Shown here piece by piece: positions 57,316-64,000 of a stretch of DNA of 64,000 nt. Source of the stretch: an uncultured Planctomycetaceae bacterium (GTDB taxonomy: Bacteria; Planctomycetota; Phycisphaerae; SM23-33); assembly GCA_964427875.1 (NCBI GenBank), contig CAYRVX010000009.1, positions 27,600 to 91,599 of the forward strand. The letters run 5' to 3'. The translations under genes and the position numbers were made by a program. Position 1 is the first letter of the stretch, and each line of letters begins with the position of its first letter. The notes beneath the pieces were generated by a model. The model searched no databases. It was not told where the DNA came from and worked only from the letters and a program-made list of their open reading frames with translations.

Positions 57316-57505
57316 TCGGCACGCCTGACCTGGAGCACTCGCCCGGACAGAGGGGCGGGACCGGCTGGCCGGCCGGAAGCCCCGAGGGCCGCTTGGCGCC
57401 GTGCGCCCGCCGGGCGCGCCGCCGAGCATGTCTCGTTTCAGGAGGGCGCGGCCTGAGGGGCCAGACGCGTGGCCTGAACGGGCCGTCGGCGAACGGAGGC
57501 TCTGA

Positions 57506-57988
57506 ATGAGCAGGGATCAGGCCATCACGGCCGGGGGGAATCAGCGGGCGTTCAGCCTGCTGGAGATCGTGCTCGTGTTGGCCGTCTTCGTGGTTCTGGC
57601 GGCGATTGCCGCGCCGCGTTACGGGCGCGCCGCGGCCCGGTATCGCGCGGATGCAGCCGCCCGGAGGATCGTATCGGATATGGCCCTGACCCGCAAATCA
57701 GCCCGATCCGCCGGCGCCCGGCGGGCCCTGAGCTTCTCGGTGGAGTCCGACGAATACTCCGTCGCCGGGATGGCCGACCTGAGGGACTCCTCGGCCGATT
57801 ACCGCGTGGACCTGAAGGCCCGGCCGTACGAGGCCCGCATCCTCTCCGCCGATTTCGGCGGCGACGCAGAGCTTGTCTTCGACGGCTACGGGGCCCCCGA
57901 CAGTGGCGGCCGCGTCCGCGTGCAGGTCGGCGAGGCCGTCCGCACCGTCCTGTTCGACGCCAATACATGCGAGGCTGCCGTCCAATGA
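57506..57988 (+). CDS. minor pseudopilin (GspH-like)
   Basis: QRAFSLLEIVLVLAVFVVLAAIAAP prepilin-type N-terminus. 160 aa. Confidence 0.7.
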   Translation: MSRDQAITAGGNQRAFSLLEIVLVLAVFVVLAAIAAPRYGRAAARYRADAAARRIVSDMALTRKSARSAGARRALSFSVESDEYSVAGMADLRDSSADYRVDLKARPYEARILSADFGGDAELVFDGYGAPDSGGRVRVQVGEAVRTVLFDANTCEAAVQ

Positions 57989-58530
57989 GGGCTCACGGCG
58001 CCGGACATCGCCGCCGGCCAAGCGCCCGGCAAAGCGCGACGGGGCACACGCTGATCGAGCTGCTCCTCAGCGTGGCGATCATGGCCGTCCTGATGGGCGC
58101 GATGGTCATTTCTCTCGCCGTCGCCTCGCGCGCCCTCGACGACGGTGCCGGCCCGGCCGGGCAGACCCGCCGCGCCGCCGGGATCGTCGAGGACATGGAC
58201 GCCGATCTGGCCATGGCCCTTTCGTTCACGGAGCGGACGCCTCAGGCCGTGACCTTCACCGTGCCCGACCGCGACGGGGACGCAAACAGCGAGACGATCC
58301 GCTACTCGTGGACCGGCCCGGACGACGGGCGCCTGCTCCGGCGGGTCAACGGCGGCCCGGCGGTCGCCATCGCCCAGGACGTGCGCCACTTCAACCTGAC
58401 CTATCAGCTCAAGACGATTGCCGCAAGCCAGGACAAGGACGAAAAGGGCAAGAAGGACAAAGACAAGGGCAAGAAGGACAAAGACAAGGACAAGGATGAC
58501 AAGGGGGGAAAGAAGAAGGGACATCACTGA
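57967..58530 (+). CDS. minor pseudopilin-like protein with Lys/Asp-rich C-terminal tail
   Basis: GHTLIELLLSVAIMAVLMG (prepilin-type). C-terminus KDKDEKGKKDKDKGKKDKDKDKDDKGGKKKGHH. Confidence 0.6.
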   Translation: MRGCRPMRAHGAGHRRRPSARQSATGHTLIELLLSVAIMAVLMGAMVISLAVASRALDDGAGPAGQTRRAAGIVEDMDADLAMALSFTERTPQAVTFTVPDRDGDANSETIRYSWTGPDDGRLLRRVNGGPAVAIAQDVRHFNLTYQLKTIAASQDKDEKGKKDKDKGKKDKDKDKDDKGGKKKGHH

Positions 58531-58571
58531 GGTGGAGGAGGCCCGCCATGGAGACTCGGCGCGGCCAGGAG

Positions 58572-59257
58572 AGGAGCGGGTGAAAAACGGCAGATCGAAT
58601 CGTCGGGCTGTTCGCAGCCGCCGGGCGGGCGCGTTCGGCGTGCGGCCGGGAGGGCTGTCGCTCGTCGAGGCGGTCATCTCCAGCCTGATCGTCGCCACGA
58701 TGCTGGTGGCTGGGTTGAGCGCGCTGGGCTCGTCCACGAGGGCCGCACGCATCCACTGCGACAAGTGTATCGGGGCCAACCTGGCGCGGCGGTTGATGGC
58801 GGAGGTCCTCCAGTCGCGGTACCGCGAGCCGTTGCAGAAGGCGGAGTTCGGCCCGGAGCCGCCCGAGACGGCTACCAGCCGGGCCGCGTGGGACGACGTG
58901 GACGACTACCACCGCTGGAGTGCCTCCGGGCCGCAGGCCAAGGACGGCACCCCGCTGGCTCACGCCGACGGATGGCGGCGCGAAGTGACCGTCGAATACG
59001 TCCTCGCCGACGATCCGACACGCACGTGCGGCTCCGACCAGGGACTCAAGCGGATTACCGTGACGGCCACCAGCCCTGCCGGAAAAACGAGCACGCTCGT
59101 CGCCCTCCGCAGCGAGGCGAGCATCTACGACCAGGAGCCGCAAACCGAAACGACCTACGTCAGCGCGGTGGGCGTGGAGCTCCAGATCGGTACGTCCGAG
59201 GCGACGCGGGTCTCCTCGGGAACGAGCATCCTGAACCCGGTGGAGGCCTGCCCGTGA
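58572..59257 (+). CDS. minor pseudopilin-like protein (GspJ/K-like); start uncertain
   Basis: GGLSLVEAVISSLIVATMLVAGL prepilin-type segment. GTG start candidate at 58572. Confidence 0.5.
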
Positions 59258-59289
59258 GGGCAGGTCCGCGCCGCGTCGGAGACGAGGCC

Positions 59290-60534
59290 ATGACCGCAGC
59301 GAACGGCCATTCGAACCACAGCGCCCGCCGGGGCTCGACCTACATCCTGATCCTCGGCGTGAGCATGATTCTCATGGTGATCGGCCTGTCCGCGGCGACG
59401 GTGGCGCGCGTCAACACGCGGAGCGTCGCGGCCGACAATGACTGGGCCGAAGCACAGATCCTGGCCTTCTCCGCCGCGGAACACGCGCTTGCGGCCATTC
59501 AGTCCTCCGACGACTGGCGGAGGGAGTTCTGCACTTCCGAGACGACGGTGAACCTGGCGAGAGGAACGTTCCGCTGGCGCCTGGTGGACGAGGCCGACGG
59601 CGACCTCGCCGACGGCGACGCGGATCCCTTCGTGATCGTCGCCAGGGGCCGGGTCAACGACGCCGCCTACGCGGTGGGACTGAACTGCCTGATCGACGGC
59701 GAGCCGCTCGATGCGCTCAGGTGCACCCTCCACGCGGACAAGGACATCCGCCTGCGGGCGTTTGGCAGACTGACCGCCACGAACGGGCCCGTTTCCACCA
59801 ACCACAAGCTGAGGACGGACCACAAGAGCGTTCTTTCCGGCGACGTCGAGGCCAGGGACGTTTCAGGACGCGGCGAGATCACCGGGACGATCACCACCGG
59901 GGCCCCGCCCAAGGCGAAGCCCGCCAAGGGCGTCTTCGACATGTACCGGCGGATGGCCACCCGGATCAAGCCCGGCTACTGGATCGCCGGAAAGGTGCTT
60001 GGCCCGGGGTGCAATCCCTGGGGCGAGCCCAATCCTCGCGGCATCTACTTCATCGACGCGCGGGGCAAGTGCCTGCTCATCTCCGACTCCCGCGTCTACG
60101 GGACCCTTCTCGTCCGCTGCCGACAGCTCCTGCTGACCGGGAACGTCCTGCTGCAAAACTCCCGGCGCGACCAGCCGGCACTGATCGTGGACGGCAGCCT
60201 CGCGACGCTCATGCTCTCGGGTCTCAAGAACCTGCGCGAAGGCAAGATGAAACGGAACTTCAATCCCAGAGGCGCGCCCTACAAGGGCAAGATCGATATC
60301 GACATCGACGACGCCTATCCCAGCGAGATCCATGGCCTCGTGCACGTCAGGAAAGACCTCTGGCTAGACGGCGTGACACGCGTCCACGGAGTGATCCTCT
60401 GCGAGGGCCGCGCGCACTGCCGCGGCGCCAGCGAGATCATCCACGACCCGGAGATCTACGAACGCCCGCCGCTGGGCTATTCCTCCGGGCCGGGACGGGT
60501 CCTTCCCCAAAGCTGGAAGCGAATCATCGACTGA
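59290..60534 (+). CDS. N-terminally membrane-anchored hypothetical protein (possible GspK-like large pseudopilin)
   Basis: GSTYILILGVSMILMVIGL hydrophobic anchor, then a 380-aa soluble domain with no recognised family. Confidence 0.45.
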   Translation: MTAANGHSNHSARRGSTYILILGVSMILMVIGLSAATVARVNTRSVAADNDWAEAQILAFSAAEHALAAIQSSDDWRREFCTSETTVNLARGTFRWRLVDEADGDLADGDADPFVIVARGRVNDAAYAVGLNCLIDGEPLDALRCTLHADKDIRLRAFGRLTATNGPVSTNHKLRTDHKSVLSGDVEARDVSGRGEITGTITTGAPPKAKPAKGVFDMYRRMATRIKPGYWIAGKVLGPGCNPWGEPNPRGIYFIDARGKCLLISDSRVYGTLLVRCRQLLLTGNVLLQNSRRDQPALIVDGSLATLMLSGLKNLREGKMKRNFNPRGAPYKGKIDIDIDDAYPSEIHGLVHVRKDLWLDGVTRVHGVILCEGRAHCRGASEIIHDPEIYERPPLGYSSGPGRVLPQSWKRIID

Positions 60535-60623
60535 GCCCGGCCTGCCCTTCATTGCCTCAATCATGACAAACCCGCCTCCGCCCTGCTATCATGGTGGCCC
60601 CCAGGCAGGCCAGGAAGTCAACC

Positions 60624-62624
60624 ATGAGCAGACGGCGGATTGCAGACCGGTGGTTCGGGCGTGTCCCGTCATTCGCCCTGGCGATCGCGTGGGGCGTTGC
60701 GGCCGCAGGCGCGGGTGGGGGCGATAAGGCCGAGAACGACAAGCAGGCCGGACTCCGCGCCCAACTGAAGAAGCTCCCTTACAGGATCGTCTACGAGAGC
60801 CATCGGGGCGGCGACTGGGACCTGCTGCTGATGAACGCCGACGGCTCGGGATGCGTCAACCTCACGAAGGCGCCAAGCGCCGACGACCTCTACCCCCACG
60901 CCTCGCCCGACGGCGGCACGATCTGCTTTCTCGTGGACGAGGGCAGGGCCGAGGCGAAGTCCCGAAACCTCTACACCATGGGCGTGGACGGCCTCGGCAG
61001 GAAGCTGATCGCCAGGAACGCCCGCCAGCCCTGCTGGGGTCCCGGCGGGCGGCGGCTCGCATACCTCCCCGGCGAGTTCGACCGCTTCACCTACAGGGAT
61101 TACGCCACGAAGGGGCTGGTCGTATATGACGTGAAGACCGGCCGCGGACGCCCGCACCCGAACGGCGACATCCATCACCTCTACAACCTGTGCTGGTCGC
61201 CGGACGGCAAGTGGTTCACGGCGACCGTGCACGGCGGGATGGGCCACAAGCACGCCAACCTGGCCTTCCCCGCCGGCGGGAGGGAGGTCTTCAAGCTGCC
61301 CGGCGTGGGGGGCTGCCGGCCCGACATCAGCCCCGACGGCAAGAGGATCTCCTGGAACGCCACCGACCACCTCATCGCCGTCGCCGACCTCCGGCTCGGC
61401 GCCTCCGGGCCCAGGGTCGCCAACATCCGAAAGGCCGTCACGTGCGACAAGCAGCACGAGGTGTATCACGCGGACTGGTCCCCGGACGGCAAGTACATCG
61501 TCTTCTCCTACGGCCCCAAGGGGGGCGAGCAGGTGGGCACGATGGCGAAGGGCTGGCACATCTGCGTCGCCGACGCGGCGCAGAGGGACCTGTGGGTCGT
61601 CCTGACGACCGGCGGGTTGAGCAACAAGGAGCCGGACTGGGTCCCTGCCGGCCCGCCCGCCCCGGCCGCGGACGGCGAGGCCCTCTCCGAGAAGCAGCTC
61701 AGGCTCGCAGCCGGGCTGAAGAAGCTCCCCTACAGGATCGTCTACGAGACGTATCGCAAGGACAACTGGGAGCTCTTCCTGATGAGCGCCGACGGGTCGG
61801 GCGCGGTCAACCTCACGAACACGCCGGACGTGCACGAGCTCAACCCCCACGCCTCGCCCGACGGGGCGAAGGTCTGCTTCGTCGCCGATGAGGGCCGGGG
61901 GAAAGGCAAGACCCGAAACGTGTACGTCATGAACGCCGACGGCACCGGCCGAACGCTCGTCGCCGCCAACGCCCGGCAGCCCTGCTGGGGGCCCGGCGGA
62001 CGCCGCCTGCTCTACGCAAAGGGCGAGTACGATCGGTTCACGTACAGCAGCTACGGCACGAAGGGGCTGTTCTTCTACGATACGGCCAGCCGCCGGCACG
62101 CGCCGCATCCCAACGAATCGCTGCTGCACGTGACGTACCTCTGCTGGTCACCGGCCGGCGGGTGGGTCCTCGGCACCGTGCACGGGGGCATGGGCTACAA
62201 CCACGCCAACCTGGCCGTCGAGGCGGACGGCACCGGCGTGTTCGCACTGAAACGCGCGGGGGGCTGCCGAATGGACGTCAGCGCCGACGGCGGGAAGATC
62301 CTCTGGAACGCCTCCGACCGGGCGATCGTCGTGGCCGACCTGGACCTGCGGGCCCGCCCGCCGGGGATCGCGAACACCCGGACCGCCATCAGTTGCGGCA
62401 AGGAGCACATGGTCTACCACGGCGACTTCTCGCCCGACGGGAAGTATATCCTCTTTGCCCACGGTCCCAACGGCCCGCAGCACGTGGGCCTCAAGGCGCC
62501 CGGCTGGCGCATCTGCGTCGCCGACGCCGCGGAGACCAACGTCTGGGTCGCCCTCACCACCGGCGGCGAGAGCAACAAGGAGCCGGACTGGCTCCCCGCC
62601 GCAAGCAGGGCCTCGGGACGATGA
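60624..62624 (+). CDS. TolB-like / PD40 beta-propeller protein with an internal tandem duplication
   Basis: Signal/anchor. Two ~300-aa copies, each with PD40-like blades (DGSG..NLT...P.ASPDG, WSPDGK). Copies ~65-70% identical. RBS aggaag upstream. Confidence 0.7.
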   Translation: MSRRRIADRWFGRVPSFALAIAWGVAAAGAGGGDKAENDKQAGLRAQLKKLPYRIVYESHRGGDWDLLLMNADGSGCVNLTKAPSADDLYPHASPDGGTICFLVDEGRAEAKSRNLYTMGVDGLGRKLIARNARQPCWGPGGRRLAYLPGEFDRFTYRDYATKGLVVYDVKTGRGRPHPNGDIHHLYNLCWSPDGKWFTATVHGGMGHKHANLAFPAGGREVFKLPGVGGCRPDISPDGKRISWNATDHLIAVADLRLGASGPRVANIRKAVTCDKQHEVYHADWSPDGKYIVFSYGPKGGEQVGTMAKGWHICVADAAQRDLWVVLTTGGLSNKEPDWVPAGPPAPAADGEALSEKQLRLAAGLKKLPYRIVYETYRKDNWELFLMSADGSGAVNLTNTPDVHELNPHASPDGAKVCFVADEGRGKGKTRNVYVMNADGTGRTLVAANARQPCWGPGGRRLLYAKGEYDRFTYSSYGTKGLFFYDTASRRHAPHPNESLLHVTYLCWSPAGGWVLGTVHGGMGYNHANLAVEADGTGVFALKRAGGCRMDVSADGGKILWNASDRAIVVADLDLRARPPGIANTRTAISCGKEHMVYHGDFSPDGKYILFAHGPNGPQHVGLKAPGWRICVADAAETNVWVALTTGGESNKEPDWLPAASRASGR

Positions 62625-63520
62625 GGCCGGACGCCCGAATGAAAGCAGCGGTCCTTCTCAGCCTGCTCGTATGGACGGTCCCGCTCTCCCTGAGCTGCCG
62701 GAACGGCGGCGGGCGGACCGCGCCGCCGCCGGTATTCATCACGAAGACCGGCGTCGAGATGGTTTGCGTCCCGGGCGGGTGGTTCCAGATGGGCTCGGCC
62801 AGCGCCGGCGGCGACGAAGCCCCCGCCCACAGGGTCCGGGTGGATGCGTTCCTGATGGACAGGTATGAGGTCACGCAGGACCAGTTCCGCCGGCTCGAGA
62901 TGCCCGACCCGTCCCACTTCAAGGGCGCCCGCCGGCCCGTCGAGCACGCCACGTTCGCCGAGGTGGTCGAGTTCTGCAACGAGCGATCCGCGGCCGATGG
63001 GCTCCGGCCGTGCTACCGGCTCGACCCCGAAGGCGGCACGTGGACGTGCGACTTCGACGCGAGCGGCTACCGCCTGCCCACCGAGGCCGAGTGGGAGTAC
63101 GCCTGCCGGGCCGGAACCACGACGGACCGCTTCTTCGCCGCCGCCGGCGAGACCGCGCTGAAGCGATACGCCTGGTACGCAGCCAACTCCTCGAAGACGA
63201 CGCACCCCGTCGGCGGCAAGCAGCCCAACGCCTGGGGCCTGTATGACATGTACGGCAACGTGGCCGAGTGGTGCAACGACTGGTACGACCCGAACTACTA
63301 CAGGACCAGCCCCGCGAGGAACCCTCGCGGCCCGGCAAGGGCCATGCTCGTCGTCCTGCGCGGAGGCTCGTGGAGCTCCAGGCCGCATCGATGCCGTTCC
63401 GGCGCGCGGGCGGGCGAAGACCCCCGCTTCCACGACGCGTGCTTTCCGAAGGACACGACCGGCTTCCGCTGCGTCCGCAGGCCGCCGCGGGCGGACGCGG
63501 CCGGCAAGCCGGCCCGCTAA
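62621..63520 (+). CDS. formylglycine-generating-enzyme (FGE/SUMF1) family protein
   Basis: RLPTEAEWEYACRAGTTT ... NAWGLYDMYGNVAEWC ... RGGSW. Signal peptide from the second Met (62639). The last ~10 codons and the stop lie inside a REP unit. Confidence 0.8.
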   Translation: MRPDARMKAAVLLSLLVWTVPLSLSCRNGGGRTAPPPVFITKTGVEMVCVPGGWFQMGSASAGGDEAPAHRVRVDAFLMDRYEVTQDQFRRLEMPDPSHFKGARRPVEHATFAEVVEFCNERSAADGLRPCYRLDPEGGTWTCDFDASGYRLPTEAEWEYACRAGTTTDRFFAAAGETALKRYAWYAANSSKTTHPVGGKQPNAWGLYDMYGNVAEWCNDWYDPNYYRTSPARNPRGPARAMLVVLRGGSWSSRPHRCRSGARAGEDPRFHDACFPKDTTGFRCVRRPPRADAAGKPAR

Positions 63521-63525
63521 ACGCC
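63498..63525. repeat. REP singlet flanked by an 11-bp direct repeat
   Basis: gcggccggcaagccggcccgctaaacgcc. Flanked by gccgccgcggg at 63481-63491 and 63523-63533. Confidence 0.65.
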
Positions 63526-63617
63526 GCCGCCGCGGGAATAGGCCAACAAGGGCCGGCCACTTCAGTGGCCGGTATCAGTGGCCGGTAATGACTGAACACT
63601 GAGGTCACCATAACCCC

Positions 63618-64000
63618 ATGCTCTTCCACACCTGGATGTTCGCAGCCTTCTTCCTGCTGGTCTATCCGGTGTACCTCGCCGTCAAGCGGACCCCGCTGAG
63701 AGAGCCCTGGCTGCTGCTGGCGTCCTACGTTTTCTACGGGGCGTGGAACCCGCTGTACCTGATCCTGATCGTCTACGCCACGCTGGTGGACTACACGGCC
63801 GTGTGCCTGATGGCCCGGACGCGCCGGCGATGGCTGAGAACGCTGTGGCTGGCCGGCAGCGTCGCCAACAGCGTCGCGCTGCTGAGCCAGTTCAAATATG
63901 CCGGTTTCGTCACCGACAGCATCAACGCCCTGCTCGGCTGGCTGGGCGCCGGCTGGGCGCTGCCCGCTCCGGGCGTGATCTGGCCGGTGGGCTTCGAGCT
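63618..64000 (+). CDS. MBOAT-family membrane-bound O-acyltransferase (AlgI/DltB-like), 5' partial at window end
   Basis: MLFHTWMFAAFFLLVYPVYL...SYVFYGAWNPLYLILIV is the characteristic AlgI/DltB N-terminus. The ORF runs off the window, so it is absent from the ORF track. Confidence 0.7.
   Translation, partial: MLFHTWMFAAFFLLVYPVYLAVKRTPLREPWLLLASYVFYGAWNPLYLILIVYATLVDYTAVCLMARTRRRWLRTLWLAGSVANSVALLSQFKYAGFVTDSINALLGWLGAGWALPAPGVIWPVGFE

Noticed and set aside
1-64000. CRISPR arrays, tRNA and rRNA genes
   Set aside because: No regularly spaced direct repeats with unique spacers were found. No cloverleaf-compatible tRNA-like segments or rRNA-like conserved blocks were recognised on either strand. 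The repeats present are REP/REPIN, an AT-rich tandem unit and a heptamer repeat.

Overview
High-GC (~68-70%) bacterial chromosome segment. The gene content looks like a Planctomycetota/PVC-group genome, but this is inferred from gene families, not searched. Three parts stand out. (1) Positions 1-49900: central metabolism (ppdK) followed by a sulfated-glycan/CAZyme-type locus. It contains an arylsulfatase, two FGE/SUMF1-family genes, GH95, GH42-like, DUF4838-like, CBM9-like and BNR/sialidase-like proteins, beta-lactamase-fold serine hydrolases, four Gfo/Idh/MocA oxidoreductases (two with twin-arginine signals), two amidohydrolase-2 genes and a URO-D-like gene, a sugar ABC transporter, and an AAC(3)-family acetyltransferase. 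(2) Positions 50163-63520: a co-directional T2SS/T4P-like operon: STAS anti-sigma antagonist, GspE, GspF, PilM/N/O, five pseudopilin-like genes, a tandemly duplicated TolB-like propeller, and an FGE. No secretin or prepilin peptidase lies within the window. (3) Mobile and repeat content: a REP-associated tyrosine transposase (RAYT, IS200-like HuH) flanked by ~200-bp direct repeats carrying REP doublets (REPINs), with three more copies of the same REP scattered in the window. There is also an AT-rich tandem/inverted repeat element, an (ATTGCGG)4 heptamer repeat inside the start of a gene, and a lower-GC islet (22.5-24.7 kb) encoding a transglutaminase-like protein plus two tandem paralogous stand-alone Mrr-type PD-(D/E)xK nuclease proteins. 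Many long ORFs in the six-frame track are antisense or off-frame artefacts typical of high-GC DNA and were not called. No rRNA, tRNA or CRISPR array was seen.
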